From a virus: a stretch of DNA of 64,000 bases. The notes below the pieces were generated by a model. That model was not told the DNA's origin. It made no database searches and saw only the letters and a program-made list of their open reading frames with translations. The translations under genes and the position numbers were made by a program. The DNA is taken from IMG/VR virus record IMGVR_UViG_3300045988_077266, positions 17,375 to 81,374 of that record, one strand, 5' to 3'. Position 1 is the first letter of the stretch, and each line of letters opens with the position of its first letter. This document shows, one piece after another, positions 50,770 through 61,530 of the stretch.

Positions 50770-52410
50770 TTGAAAGTAAAACCTCTACTATCTAAAGTTA
50801 ACCCTTCTACGTTTATTGAGGATTATTTACAAGCTCATGGTATTGAGCAAACTGGTTTATATCTAAAACCAGAAGAAAGATGCTTAGACAACCCCAGATT
50901 CTATCCTAACATAGATAAAGGGGCTGAATTATTGAAGCAAGCAGTTGATGACGATTGGAAGATTGGGTTGTTAGTTGATGTTGACTGTGACGGTATGTGT
51001 TCTGCAACCATTGTTCGTCAGTTCCTTAACACCCAATACAACATTGACCCTATTATCTATATCCGCAAGGGTAAGGCTCATGGCCTAAGAAAGTCGGCTT
51101 CAGATGATGTTGTACCCAAGATTATTGAGGACGGATGTCAACTGCTGATTGTGCCAGATGCCGGAAGCAACGATGTTGATGAATGTCAAGAATTGGCACT
51201 CCATAAATGTCAAACATTGGTACTTGACCACCACAAAATTGAAGTTGATGATTTTTATTCTATTGTCATTAATCATCATCTTGGCGAAGGACTGAACACG
51301 GCCTTGTCTGGTACAGGTGTAACGGCCAAGTTTATTGAATATTACTGTAAGAAGTATAATCTACTTATCCCTTATGTAGATGACCTTGTGGCCATGTCTA
51401 TTATCTCTGATAGCTGTGACTTGACGGTTTTAGAGAACAGATATTATGTTCATAACGGCCTACACAACGTCCAAAACCCCCTAATCCAAGCCATGTTGCC
51501 TTCAGCAGTTAAACGTTATGGCCTAACGCCTACTGGTTATAGTTGGGCCATGATTCCACTAATCAATGCCGTGTGCCGCAAGGAAGAAACAGATGAAAAG
51601 CATGAGCTGTTTAATGCTTTTAGCGGTCATGGCGATATTGAGTCTGCTCTAAAGATGTGCCGTTCAGCACACCGCTTACAAACAGAGACAGTAAAACAAG
51701 CTGTAGAGGAAGTTGAGCCTACCCTCAACCTCGACCATAAGGTAATTATTGGGTTCTGTGATAGGGGGTTAGCTAATCAAATTGGCCTGATTGCTAATAA
51801 ATTCCAAGGCAAGTACAACAAGCCTACCATCCTACTACGTCAAGCAAGCTCTACAACATGGTCTGGTAGTCTAAGAAGCCCGGTAGATTTGACTGACGTG
51901 GTTAATGAGTCTGGTTTGGCTAAGGCCATGGGACATAATCAAGCTGCTGGTGTATTTGTTCGTAAGTCTAATCTTAATCGGCTGATTGCTTATCTTGATG
52001 AGGCCGATTTTCCACTTGAGCCTGAGATTGATGTGGCAGGGTATATCGCCCCCAAGCAAATCAATAACAAGCTCTGTAAGGCTTGTGAGGATAATGCTGA
52101 GTTGTGGGGTCAAGGGCTTAGAGAACCCACCTTCTATATTAACACCGAGATTGACGAGACTAACGTACAGGTCTTTGAAAAGCGTACTACAACAGTAAAA
52201 ATTACAGTAAATGGCGTTGATTTCTTGCTGTTTATGGCCACCCCCGAACAAGTAGACAAGTTGACACAAAAGGGCAAAAAAAGCCTATCTTTGATTGTAA
52301 CTTTGTCTACAAACGAATGGAATGGCGTGGTTAAGCCTCAAGGTAAAATTAAGCAGTTTGAGGTTGGTCAGGTTGAGGATAAGGATGAAAGTTGGGAGGA
52401 TGATTTTTAA
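50770..52410 (+). CDS. DHH-family RecJ-like phosphoesterase/exonuclease
   Basis: Start moved to TTG 50770, 9 nt after a GAGGAGG RBS and downstream of the promoter. The motifs are DVDCDGMCS, PDAGSND and VLDHHK. Confidence 0.6.
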   Translation: MKVKPLLSKVNPSTFIEDYLQAHGIEQTGLYLKPEERCLDNPRFYPNIDKGAELLKQAVDDDWKIGLLVDVDCDGMCSATIVRQFLNTQYNIDPIIYIRKGKAHGLRKSASDDVVPKIIEDGCQLLIVPDAGSNDVDECQELALHKCQTLVLDHHKIEVDDFYSIVINHHLGEGLNTALSGTGVTAKFIEYYCKKYNLLIPYVDDLVAMSIISDSCDLTVLENRYYVHNGLHNVQNPLIQAMLPSAVKRYGLTPTGYSWAMIPLINAVCRKEETDEKHELFNAFSGHGDIESALKMCRSAHRLQTETVKQAVEEVEPTLNLDHKVIIGFCDRGLANQIGLIANKFQGKYNKPTILLRQASSTTWSGSLRSPVDLTDVVNESGLAKAMGHNQAAGVFVRKSNLNRLIAYLDEADFPLEPEIDVAGYIAPKQINNKLCKACEDNAELWGQGLREPTFYINTEIDETNVQVFEKRTTTVKITVNGVDFLLFMATPEQVDKLTQKGKKSLSLIVTLSTNEWNGVVKPQGKIKQFEVGQVEDKDESWEDDF

Positions 52411-53097
52411 GTGAAACTAAATGAGCTTTATAAACAAGCCGACTATAAAGATAAGGCGGGTATGATGTTTAATGCTGATTGTCTTGAAATTATGGGTAAG
52501 ATGAATGAAGAGATTGTTGATTTTACTCTTACCGATATTCCTTACGATGCTGTAAATCGAGATAGTAACGGCCTGAGAAATCTTGATAAAGGCAACGCTG
52601 ATATTATTACCTTCGACCTTAATAAGTTTCTTAAACAGGTGTTAAGAGTTACTTCCAATTCTGTTTGTGTCTTTTGTGGTAAGGAACAATTTAGTCAAAT
52701 CTATAAATTTTTTGCCGATATTGGTAAAGGTACAGTACGCCCTATTATTTGGGAAAAGACAAACCCAAGCCCTATGAATGGTCAATATATTTATCTCAGC
52801 GGTGTTGAAATGGGCGTATGGTATAAGAAGCAGGGGGCTAAAACATTTAATGCTCGTTGTAAGAACACCGTGTTTCATTATCCTAATGGCCGAAGTAAGT
52901 TGCATCCTACTGAGAAGAATCATGCTTTGCTTGAAGATTTAATCAAGGATAATACGAACGAAGGCCAGATTGTATTTGACCCTTGTTGTGGTAGTAGCAG
53001 TCATTGTTTTGTGGCAAAGAATCTTGGTCGTAAGTATATTGGCATTGAAATAGACAAGGGTTACTTTGATGTGGCTGTTGAAAGGATGAAAGGATGA
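52411..53097 (+). CDS. DNA methyltransferase (N6-adenine or N4-cytosine, beta-class motif order)
   Basis: Motif IV-like TDIPYDA lies N-terminal and the AdoMet motif FDPCCGSSS lies C-terminal. GTG start with a GGGAGGA RBS. Confidence 0.65.
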   Translation: MKLNELYKQADYKDKAGMMFNADCLEIMGKMNEEIVDFTLTDIPYDAVNRDSNGLRNLDKGNADIITFDLNKFLKQVLRVTSNSVCVFCGKEQFSQIYKFFADIGKGTVRPIIWEKTNPSPMNGQYIYLSGVEMGVWYKKQGAKTFNARCKNTVFHYPNGRSKLHPTEKNHALLEDLIKDNTNEGQIVFDPCCGSSSHCFVAKNLGRKYIGIEIDKGYFDVAVERMKG

Positions 53098-53103
53098 TTT
53101 TTG

Positions 53104-53388
53104 ATGGTGTCATTGATTCTTAAAAATAATGAGAATGGCTATGAAAAAGTTGGAGAATATGTAAAAAGATACTGGGACGTGCATGGAGACGGAGATGTAA
53201 TCGTTTCTGTTGAAGCGTCCTATGATACGGTCGAATGGCACTGCACAAATGAAATTGCCTCACCATACCAAAGGGGCATTGAATGGCTAAACGATTGGTG
53301 GGAAGGTGAAAAGTATATTCATATTAAAGGCATCCAAAGTGTTGATACTTTTGATATTTCAGGTGGATTATATGAGGAGGATAAATGA
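53104..53388 (+). CDS. hypothetical protein
   Basis: 94 aa. Start is ATG 53104, or TTG 53101. Confidence 0.5.
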   Translation: MVSLILKNNENGYEKVGEYVKRYWDVHGDGDVIVSVEASYDTVEWHCTNEIASPYQRGIEWLNDWWEGEKYIHIKGIQSVDTFDISGGLYEEDK

Positions 53389-53507
53389 TGAAATACGAAT
53401 TTCATGTAGGTGATTATGTGGAGACTAAAGATGGCCAAATAAAGAAAATCAACGAGCTTGTTGAGGCCGTAAATCGTTTGGAGGAGAAAGCTAATGAAAT
53501 GGCATAA
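53385..53507 (+). CDS. small hypothetical protein
   Basis: 40-codon ORF (MMKYEFHVGDYVETKDG...) coupled to both neighbours by overlaps. Confidence 0.35.
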   Translation: MMKYEFHVGDYVETKDGQIKKINELVEAVNRLEEKANEMA

Positions 53508-53691
53508 AGTTGAAGATTATCCGGTTGGGTCGGATGAGTATGTACTTATAAGTACAATCGTAGTTGGTCAAAGAGAAGATTTGGGTTGTTTTGTTGCTGT
53601 GTTGCGCAATGGATACTGGTATGACGGACTTGCTACTAGCCCAGTGCAACCCACAGACCGTTGGTGCCATATTGATTTGCCGGAGGATTGA
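53494..53691 (+). CDS. DUF551-like small protein
   Basis: MKWHKVEDYP...VLI...W...VQPTDRWCHIDLP resembles the DUF551 pattern (from memory). GGAGGAG RBS. Confidence 0.45.
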   Translation: MKWHKVEDYPVGSDEYVLISTIVVGQREDLGCFVAVLRNGYWYDGLATSPVQPTDRWCHIDLPED

Positions 53692-53693
53692 GT

Positions 53694-54002
53694 ATGACAT
53701 TTCTAAATTATCAAGAATTTCTTGAAGAGATTGTTTATCAACTAAAAGACGAAATTAAAGGCCAAATTGAATTGCGCCATAACGATTATGGAGATTTAAT
53801 GTGTCGATATGATATTATGGTGAAATTTAATTGTAATTTAACCATCTGCGTTAGTTGTGATTTGGATAGTGAAGTTCATAAGCTGTATTATAACTACAAG
53901 AATACGCCGGAAATGACCCAATATATTCTTCATGCTGGGAAGATGCAAGTAGTTCAATTTATTAAAAAGGCTATATTCGATTACTTTTTTAAAATCGCTT
54001 GA
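53694..54002 (+). CDS. hypothetical protein
   Basis: Start moved to ATG 53694, 6 nt after GGAGGA. 102 aa. Confidence 0.5.
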   Translation: MTFLNYQEFLEEIVYQLKDEIKGQIELRHNDYGDLMCRYDIMVKFNCNLTICVSCDLDSEVHKLYYNYKNTPEMTQYILHAGKMQVVQFIKKAIFDYFFKIA

Positions 54003-54027
54003 CAACCATAATTAAATATGTTACAAT
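53999..54027 (+). promoter_or_regulatory. sigma70-type promoter upstream of the polymerase gene
   Basis: TTGACA accataattaaatatgt TACAAT with a 17-bp spacer. Confidence 0.6.
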
Positions 54028-54071
54028 TAAACCGTGGAGAAATCTACGGTTTAATTTTTAGGAGGGGTTGG

Positions 54072-57000
54072 ATGAGTTACTTTAACAACCATAATCACAC
54101 AGATATGAGCAATGCTCTATTGGGGTTCCCTGATGTTATCTGTAAAATCCCTGATTTGATTCAACGTGCTTATGACCTTGGTTTGAACGGTATCACCATT
54201 ACAGAACACGAGGGTATCTCAAGCCATATCAAGGCATTAGATTATTATGATAAGATGGAAAAGGATAGGCCATTTACATTAGCCTTGGGCAATGAGGTAT
54301 ATTTGCTTACTGAGGAAGAAGATTACCTCAACCGCCAAATTCCTAACACCATCCCTTATTATCACTTTATCTTAACTGCTCTTGATACTGAAGGCCACCA
54401 CCAACTACGCCTACTATCAACTCGTGCTTGGTTAAGGGCGTGGCGACAAGGCAAGATGTTTCGTAGACCCACTTATTATAGTGACCTTGAGGAAATTATC
54501 AAGCCCAATCAAGGCCATGTTATTGCCAGCACAGCTTGTTTAGGGTCAAGGATTGATAAGCTGCTACTTGACAATGAGATTAAGAAGGTTGGTTTAGAGG
54601 TAGAAAAGTTGCTTGATATTTTTGGTAAAGGCAACTTTTATATTGAATGTCAACCGGCGAGTGATAAAAATACACCACAAAGTCAAGTCAATAATTTGCT
54701 GTGGCAAACAGCTGAGTATCATAATCTCAAGATTATCCCAACCACCGACTCTCATTACCTCCGTAAAGAGGACGCTTTTATCCATAAGGTTTATTTACAG
54801 TCGCAAGAGGGTGATAGAGAGGTTGATGATTTTTATGCCACCGCCTATCTTATGGATGAGGCCGAATTAAGAGAACATCTGTTGATTGATTTTAATGATG
54901 CTCAAATTGACCAGATGTTTGAATGGAGTTGTGAATTAGGTGAAAGAATTAAGGGCTACAATATCCAGCACAATCCAATTATCCCGCAACTTCCGCTTGA
55001 CAAGATACCAGACTTTACTATTAATCATGTATTCAGTGATTATTATGATAAGTACCCAAATTTTAGTTGGTACTCTAATCGGCCTAAAATACATGAGCAA
55101 TATTTCTTCAGTCAGATTGAACAGGGCCTTCAAAACAAAATTGTAAATAAAGGCAAGCCCATTGAACAATATATCGCTCGATTGGACGAAGAATGGAAAG
55201 AGCTAAAAATTATCAGTGAACAGCTTGATACATCTATGGCCAGCTATTATTCGACCATGTCAGAGATTATTGAGCTTATTTGGCAAGCTGGTAGTTTAGC
55301 TATGCCAGCAAGAGGTAGTGCAGCAGGGTTCTTAACGTGTTATCTGCTTGAGGTTACACAAATTGACCCTGTGCCATTGGGTGATTATATGCCAAGTTGG
55401 AGACACTTGAATCATCAACGTGGCGTTGAACTGCCGGACATCGACAATGACTCAGAAGCCTCAAAGAAAAAAGCTATAGTTGACAAGATGAAGGAATATT
55501 TTGGCAAGGATAAAGTCATTAACGTAGGCACATTCTCTAAAATTTCCTCTAAAACAGCCATTGAACGAGCTTGTAAAGGTCTTGACATACCCAACGATAA
55601 GGCGGCTTATTTTAAGTCTTTAATTCCTGTCAACCGTGGTAAAGTTAGTAAACTAAAAGATGCTGTGTACGGCAATAAAGACAAGGGTATCAGCCCAGCC
55701 CCCGGCCTCAAGTTAGAACTAAGCCAATACCCGCATCTACTTGAGTCTGCATTGGCTCTTGAAGGGCTGATTACCAACCGTGGTACTCATGCAGCCGGTG
55801 TACTTGTATGCAATACCCCTTACACAGACTATATAGCCGCTATGCGTTCAGCAGATGGAACGTTAATTAGTTGTTATGACCTATGGGATGATGAGGCCGC
55901 TGGATGTATTAAGTTCGATATGCTCACGGTCGAAGCCGCAGATAAGATTCACCGTACAATGGATTATTTGCTTGAGAATGGCAAGATTAAGGATGAAGGG
56001 TCACTAAAAGAAACCTACTATAAGTGGGCACATCCTGACGTATTGGATTACAAAACACCCGATATGTGGGATATTCTACCTACCATTTATTCTGTGTTTC
56101 AGTTTGACACCCCAATCAGCACAAAAGCTCTGTCTGCTACTCATCCTCATAGTGTAATGGATTTGTCGGCTGCAAACAGCTTACTTCGCCTTATGCCAGA
56201 CAATGCAGACGAAACGCCTATTGACAGATATATCCGCTATAAGCAGTCAAAAGACGCTTGGTTGAAAGATACAACTGATTTTGGCCTAAATAAAGACGAA
56301 CAGGCTATTTTATGGAAGTACCTTGCGGACGCTTATGGCATGGCCGACAGCCAAGAGAAAGTAATGCGGCTAAGTATGGATGAGCATACCGCTGGTTACA
56401 CGCTTAAAGAGGCTAATAAACTCCGCAAATCTATCGCTAAGAAGGATGAAAAACTACAGGCTGAAGCTAAACAGTTGTTCTTTGATTGCTGTGAACGTCA
56501 AGGTACAAGAGAAGTCTTTGCTGATTATATCTGGAACGTAGTGTTTGCAGCAAGTATGGGCTATTCTTTCAGCCAATTACACTCTTATAGTTACTCTATC
56601 ATCGCACTGCAAGAGCTTAACCTTAACTATTACTATCCTCGTGTGTATTGGAACTGTGCTTGCTTGTCTGTAGAAGCGTCTGGTACAGACGAAGAAAACA
56701 CAGGCTCAACAGACTATGGCGAAATGGCTAAGGCTATTTATAAGATGAAAAAGTATGGGGTTGGGGTTCATGCCCCATCTATCAATGACTCTAACATCGA
56801 CTTTACCCCTCGTGAAAAAGACAGTGTTATCTTGTTTGGGCTTGGTGGTATAGCTGGTATTAACATTGATATTTCTCGCCAAATCCTCTCCAAGCGCCCA
56901 TACATATCCTTTACTGACTTCTACAACAAAAACGCCTACAAAGGCTCACTTATCACCAAGTCTAAGTTTATCCAACTAATCAAGGCCGGGTGTTTTGATG

Positions 57001-57968
57001 AGTTTGAGCCTGACAGACGTGTTGTAATGAGACAATATTTCATCCTATCTACGCCCAACGTCACATCCCTTTCTATGAACAATATCGGCCAAATTAAGGC
57101 CGCAAGAGTACCCATTCCCAAGTCTATCATTGGCCCATATAACTTTAGAAAGTATGTATGCAGCAGACAGTTCAAGTTCGCCCCCCACCCCAAGTTTAAG
57201 AGCAAAACCCTATACTGGCTCGATGATATGGCACAGCGTTATTTCAACGCTCGTTGCAAGAACAGTCTAACCGAAGGCGTGGATTATTGGTTTGATAGCG
57301 ATGCAGAGAATTGGGTTGTTGTTGATAAGAGCCTTGAAAAGTTGCTTGCTCCATCTATTGAAACGCTGAAAGATTATATCAACACACCTGAGTTCTTGGA
57401 TAAGTTTAACAAGGCCAGAGCCAAACAGAGCATGATTGAGAGTGTAGATGGGTTAGATGTAAATAGGTGGTCATTTCAGGCTTGTGCATTTTACAGCCAA
57501 GAGCATGAACTTGCCAATGTTGATTTAGCCAAGTACAGTATTTCTCATTTTTCTGACTTGCCTGAAGAACCTCAATTTGTTGAGCGTTCCTTTGGTAAGC
57601 GGTCTTGGAAACAGTTTGAGTTGTCTGCTATTTGCGGGACGGTGATAGGACGAACAGACAGCCACCACCTTGTTACTATCTTAACGCCTGATAATGAGGT
57701 TGTTAATGTCAAAATGAATGATGGTGCTTTTGCCCACTACAAGGCCCAATTAAGCACAATCAATCCAGATGGTACTAAAACGGTCATTGAAAAGTCTTGG
57801 TTTGAGCGTGGTAGTTTGTTGATTTGTTGTGGGTATCGTAGAGGGGTTGATGAATTTGTAACAAAAAAATATAAGGCTAGTATTTTCCCCTCTCAGCTTA
57901 TGAAAATAACCAGTATCAATGGCTCAGACATTGAAATCCAAACAGAACGATATTCTGAAGAAAATTAA
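54072..57968 (+). CDS. dnaE: DNA polymerase III alpha subunit (DnaE-type, N-terminal PHP domain)
   Basis: Start trimmed to MSYFNNHNHTDMSN... (PHP HxH), which has a TAGGAGGGG RBS. About 1300 aa with a Pol III alpha-like core (ARGSAAGF, PDIDND, HAAGV) and a C-terminal OB-like region. Confidence 0.75.
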   Translation: MSYFNNHNHTDMSNALLGFPDVICKIPDLIQRAYDLGLNGITITEHEGISSHIKALDYYDKMEKDRPFTLALGNEVYLLTEEEDYLNRQIPNTIPYYHFILTALDTEGHHQLRLLSTRAWLRAWRQGKMFRRPTYYSDLEEIIKPNQGHVIASTACLGSRIDKLLLDNEIKKVGLEVEKLLDIFGKGNFYIECQPASDKNTPQSQVNNLLWQTAEYHNLKIIPTTDSHYLRKEDAFIHKVYLQSQEGDREVDDFYATAYLMDEAELREHLLIDFNDAQIDQMFEWSCELGERIKGYNIQHNPIIPQLPLDKIPDFTINHVFSDYYDKYPNFSWYSNRPKIHEQYFFSQIEQGLQNKIVNKGKPIEQYIARLDEEWKELKIISEQLDTSMASYYSTMSEIIELIWQAGSLAMPARGSAAGFLTCYLLEVTQIDPVPLGDYMPSWRHLNHQRGVELPDIDNDSEASKKKAIVDKMKEYFGKDKVINVGTFSKISSKTAIERACKGLDIPNDKAAYFKSLIPVNRGKVSKLKDAVYGNKDKGISPAPGLKLELSQYPHLLESALALEGLITNRGTHAAGVLVCNTPYTDYIAAMRSADGTLISCYDLWDDEAAGCIKFDMLTVEAADKIHRTMDYLLENGKIKDEGSLKETYYKWAHPDVLDYKTPDMWDILPTIYSVFQFDTPISTKALSATHPHSVMDLSAANSLLRLMPDNADETPIDRYIRYKQSKDAWLKDTTDFGLNKDEQAILWKYLADAYGMADSQEKVMRLSMDEHTAGYTLKEANKLRKSIAKKDEKLQAEAKQLFFDCCERQGTREVFADYIWNVVFAASMGYSFSQLHSYSYSIIALQELNLNYYYPRVYWNCACLSVEASGTDEENTGSTDYGEMAKAIYKMKKYGVGVHAPSINDSNIDFTPREKDSVILFGLGGIAGINIDISRQILSKRPYISFTDFYNKNAYKGSLITKSKFIQLIKAGCFDEFEPDRRVVMRQYFILSTPNVTSLSMNNIGQIKAARVPIPKSIIGPYNFRKYVCSRQFKFAPHPKFKSKTLYWLDDMAQRYFNARCKNSLTEGVDYWFDSDAENWVVVDKSLEKLLAPSIETLKDYINTPEFLDKFNKARAKQSMIESVDGLDVNRWSFQACAFYSQEHELANVDLAKYSISHFSDLPEEPQFVERSFGKRSWKQFELSAICGTVIGRTDSHHLVTILTPDNEVVNVKMNDGAFAHYKAQLSTINPDGTKTVIEKSWFERGSLLICCGYRRGVDEFVTKKYKASIFPSQLMKITSINGSDIEIQTERYSEEN

Positions 57969-57976
57969 ATAAACCC

Positions 57977-58005
57977 TTGACAGACCTTCTTGTTCATGGT
58001 ATACT
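57977..58005 (+). promoter_or_regulatory. sigma70-type promoter
   Basis: TTGACA gaccttcttgttcatgg TATACT with a 17-bp spacer. Confidence 0.6.
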
Positions 58006-58033
58006 TAAACCATCAAACAAGGAGGTTTGTTTT

Positions 58034-58216
58034 ATGAAAGTTGATGATGTTTTCCGCTATGGCACGATTCTTACAGATGATGAACTTTTTGACCGTTGTG
58101 ATGATATGGCGGCAGAAGTTCGCATTCGATTGGTTAGTTATGAAAACGTTATCTATTATATCAAAATGGTTAATGGTGAAATTGAAGAATTTAAGAAAGT
58201 AGGTGTTGTAGGATGA
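58034..58216 (+). CDS. small hypothetical protein
   Basis: Start trimmed to MKVDDVFRYG..., which has an AAGGAGG RBS. 60 aa. Confidence 0.5.
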   Translation: MKVDDVFRYGTILTDDELFDRCDDMAAEVRIRLVSYENVIYYIKMVNGEIEEFKKVGVVG

Positions 58217-58560
58217 TTGGTTCGATTATTTGTATATCTCTTTTGATTAGTATAAGTATTATCGTTATTTTTTGTGGCGTAAAAGAAGATGAATCTATTG
58301 TATGTGCTATTGGGGTAATCTTTCTTATTGTTGCTATAATAGGTGGTTTTGAATTAAAGACTTCACGGCTTAATAATTCTATTGATACCCAATACATCCC
58401 CGCAGAACCTCTCGCCTATAACCAAACTCAAACCGTATTCACCACTGATGAAGGTACATATCTCGCAGACGGCCTTTATCCAGATGGTACATACCTATTA
58501 ACCGTAGACGGTAATGATGTTCTTGTCGTATGGCAAGCAGTTGATGGCGAGGTTGGATAA
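58213..58560 (+). CDS. membrane protein
   Basis: 115 aa with two N-terminal hydrophobic helices. Confidence 0.5.
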   Translation: MIGSIICISLLISISIIVIFCGVKEDESIVCAIGVIFLIVAIIGGFELKTSRLNNSIDTQYIPAEPLAYNQTQTVFTTDEGTYLADGLYPDGTYLLTVDGNDVLVVWQAVDGEVG

Positions 58561-60767
58561 TGAGCATTAAAATTAAACTAAGACCAATTAAACGGATTTT
58601 CTTTAACCCCTCTAACGGTTATAAAGTCCTAAGTTGTGAGCCTGTTGGCAGCTACCCCAACCTAATACTCAACTCATACAATAACTTTACTTTGGCCGGA
58701 ACCAATCTTGGTATGGTCGATGTAGGCGATGAATATGAGCTTGAAATCAGAGAGAACCAAAGGGCTAAATATCCAGCAAGCTATGTTTTGGTTGGGTTCG
58801 CTGATATTGACGTTAGTGCTGAGGGTATTAAAATCACGCCTGAGCAAGAACTAAAAATCTTACGCCATATCTGTGATGGCAACCAACCCAAGTATGTACA
58901 TGAAGCATACCCTGATTTTGTTCAGATGGTACTTGATGGGCGTGAAGAAGAAATCGACCACAAGAAAATTTATAATGTCGGCCCTGTTCGATTTGAGGAA
59001 TATGTGAATAAAATCAAGGGCTATTTCACTACCATTCAGTTCTTACCTCTTGCCTCTGATTGGGGTATTGAAAATGATAGTGATGTTAAGAAATTGATTG
59101 ATGTTTTCGCTACTCCAGCAGAACTAAACCAAGCTCTTGAGTCAAGCCCTTATCACATCTTCTTTGATTTGCTTAATTATTCCTTTGACAAGTCTGATAG
59201 ATATGTCTTAGACAAGCGGCCTGATTTGATTGATTCTAAGGAGCGTTGCGAGTTTGCTTGTTTGGCTATTCTGCAAGAAAATGAAGATGAGGGCGACACA
59301 AGAATATATACAGACTTGCTTGAGGAATTGGCCGAGGAAAAAGTGCCTGAGTGCGCTAAGTATGTAAGGGATGCTGTGCGCAATAGTGAAAGAATCTACT
59401 ATGACGCAGAACAAGAATATTCCAGTAATAAGGCCACCTATGAAGCCGAAGTCAATATTGCTGAGAATATCCTTGACCGCCTCGCCTTAGAGAAAAAGCA
59501 AGATTGCAACTTAGGCATGAATGTTAATGACTTTACAAGCGTTGATGGGTTTGAATGTACAGATGAGCAAAAGCAAATCCTCACCTTAGCCAACGAACAC
59601 ATGGTTGCTATGTTGAGGGGCTATGGTGGTTCTGGTAAAAGTACAGTAATGAAGGCTCTGGTATTGATGCTTGAGGCTAACCACAAAGACTATACCCAGC
59701 TTGCCCCGACAGGCAAAGCAGCAAAACGCCTAAGAGAAACAACGGGACGACCCGCAAGCACTATTCACATGGTATTGGCTCAAGAGGCTCATATCGACTC
59801 TGATTTTGTCATTATTGATGAGTGTAGTATGGTGGGCGTTCATTTGCTGTCTAAGTTGTTTGATATATGCGAGTCCAACACACGATTTATCTTTGTATGC
59901 GATGAAGCTCAGTTGGCCTCTATCTCTTGCGGCAACGTTGTACAAGACATCATTGATTCAGGTGTTGTGCCTATGGCTACATTAACCAAGATTTTCCGGT
60001 ACGGCTCGTCTGGCCTTGCTACGGTGGCCACTGATACTCGTGAAGGTAAGGTTGGCCCAAGACAAAACCGCAATTATCCTGACTATCAGTTTGTTTCCAT
60101 TGATGATAAGCCTATAGCACAAATCCTTGATGCCTATGAATCTCTGCTTGACAAATACACTAAAGATGATATAATGATATTATCCCCATTCAACAAAGGC
60201 CCGGTTGGTACGGTAGCAATCAATAAAGCCATTCAATCCAGATATAACTCAAACTCCGATACTAATGCCATTCGTAAGATAAGTGGTGGTGAGGAAATCA
60301 TGTTCAAGGTGGGTGATAAGGTAATCAATACCCACAACGAGTACCACTGCCCTTGCTTTAGGATTGATGAAGATGGGTCTTTAGTTGAGAGCATGAGCGA
60401 CATTATGGTTATGAATGGTGATATGGGCTATATCCGGTATATCAAAGAGACTGATACAGGTATTGTTATGGCCGTTGAGTTTGATAGTGGTATGGCAAGG
60501 ATTTATGGGCCTTATATGAATAACCTACTACTTGGGTATGCTATTAGTATTCACAAGAGTCAGGGTAGCGAGGCTAAGGCGGTGATTGTGATTACAAGCC
60601 CTATGCACAAGCGTATGTTAAGCAGCAATTTGTTGTATGTGGCTGATAGCCGTGCAAAAGAGCAGTTGATTGAGATTGGAGATATTGAGACAATTAAAGA
60701 AGGACTTAAACGGCACGAACAAAAAGAAAGAGAGACTTGGCTCTGTGAGCTATTAAAGGAGGATTAA
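58560..60767 (+). CDS. RecD-like SF1 DNA helicase with a long N-terminal extension
   Basis: Walker A GYGGSGKST and Walker B VIIDECSMV. The C-terminal SH3-like/2B region includes AISIHKSQGSE. Confidence 0.7.
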   Translation: MSIKIKLRPIKRIFFNPSNGYKVLSCEPVGSYPNLILNSYNNFTLAGTNLGMVDVGDEYELEIRENQRAKYPASYVLVGFADIDVSAEGIKITPEQELKILRHICDGNQPKYVHEAYPDFVQMVLDGREEEIDHKKIYNVGPVRFEEYVNKIKGYFTTIQFLPLASDWGIENDSDVKKLIDVFATPAELNQALESSPYHIFFDLLNYSFDKSDRYVLDKRPDLIDSKERCEFACLAILQENEDEGDTRIYTDLLEELAEEKVPECAKYVRDAVRNSERIYYDAEQEYSSNKATYEAEVNIAENILDRLALEKKQDCNLGMNVNDFTSVDGFECTDEQKQILTLANEHMVAMLRGYGGSGKSTVMKALVLMLEANHKDYTQLAPTGKAAKRLRETTGRPASTIHMVLAQEAHIDSDFVIIDECSMVGVHLLSKLFDICESNTRFIFVCDEAQLASISCGNVVQDIIDSGVVPMATLTKIFRYGSSGLATVATDTREGKVGPRQNRNYPDYQFVSIDDKPIAQILDAYESLLDKYTKDDIMILSPFNKGPVGTVAINKAIQSRYNSNSDTNAIRKISGGEEIMFKVGDKVINTHNEYHCPCFRIDEDGSLVESMSDIMVMNGDMGYIRYIKETDTGIVMAVEFDSGMARIYGPYMNNLLLGYAISIHKSQGSEAKAVIVITSPMHKRMLSSNLLYVADSRAKEQLIEIGDIETIKEGLKRHEQKERETWLCELLKED

Positions 60768-60768
60768 A

Positions 60769-60972
60769 ATGAGGAAGACAGTTTGTGACGTGTGTGGCAA
60801 AGAAATTACTGACATAAACCCCTATGAATTTCGTCTTGGACGTAAAATAAATATTAGAGGGGGGCTTGGTAATGCCACATTTAATGAGCACTCTATTATC
60901 TGCCAAGATGTATGTGAAGATTGTGCCAATTCTATTTATCATTATATTAAAGGCTTACAAAAGGAGGACTAA
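60769..60972 (+). CDS. small zinc-ribbon protein
   Basis: 67 aa with CDVCG...CEDC and an AAGGAGG RBS. Confidence 0.5.
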   Translation: MRKTVCDVCGKEITDINPYEFRLGRKINIRGGLGNATFNEHSIICQDVCEDCANSIYHYIKGLQKED

Positions 60973-60974
60973 GA

Positions 60975-61235
60975 ATGAAAAAGTATGTGATTGCTGAAAC
61001 CGTGACACATTACCACTCTATCGAGGTCGATGATGAAGTAGACATTTGTAATGTTATCGGAAAGGCAAAAACCCTACTACATCAGGCCACTGGGTTTGAG
61101 GCCATTGAAGAAGTGCTTAATGACTACCAAAACAAATATGGCTTTGATTATACAGTCAAGCCCAATTATTGTGGTACTTGCTCAGAGGGGCTTGAGATTG
61201 CCGGTTGTGAGGATGATAGCCCCGAGCTTGATTAA
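60975..61235 (+). CDS. hypothetical protein
   Basis: 86 aa with an AAGGAGG RBS. Confidence 0.5.
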   Translation: MKKYVIAETVTHYHSIEVDDEVDICNVIGKAKTLLHQATGFEAIEEVLNDYQNKYGFDYTVKPNYCGTCSEGLEIAGCEDDSPELD

Positions 61236-61322
61236 AGTTCATAAAATGTTTACATTTATTTAATATTGATGTAATATTTTTATGATATAATTATCGTCTT
61301 AACTCAAAGAAAGGAGGATAAT

Positions 61323-61526
61323 ATGGTCACATTTTACTCAACCCATTGTCCCAAGTGCAATATTCTTGAAAAGAAACTTAAAGCGGCTAACATCGACTAT
61401 ACAGAAAACAATGATGTTGATGTTATGTTGTCTAAGGGTCTGCTAACAGCACCAGCACTTGAGGTTGATGGTAAAATTTATACATTTACTCAAGCGGTCG
61501 AGTGGTTAAAAAATCAGGAGGGATAA
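61323..61526 (+). CDS. nrdH: glutaredoxin-like protein (NrdH-type)
   Basis: 67 aa with the CPKC redox motif near the N-terminus, directly upstream of nrdD. Confidence 0.6.
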   Translation: MVTFYSTHCPKCNILEKKLKAANIDYTENNDVDVMLSKGLLTAPALEVDGKIYTFTQAVEWLKNQEG

Positions 61527-61530
61527 AAGT

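Noticed and set aside
61240-61322. Promoter upstream of nrdH (TTTACA-17-TAATAT, or the tatgatataat extended -10).
   Set aside because: Two competing, imperfect alignments exist. The promoter is plausible, but I could not choose between them with confidence, so it is not listed as a feature.
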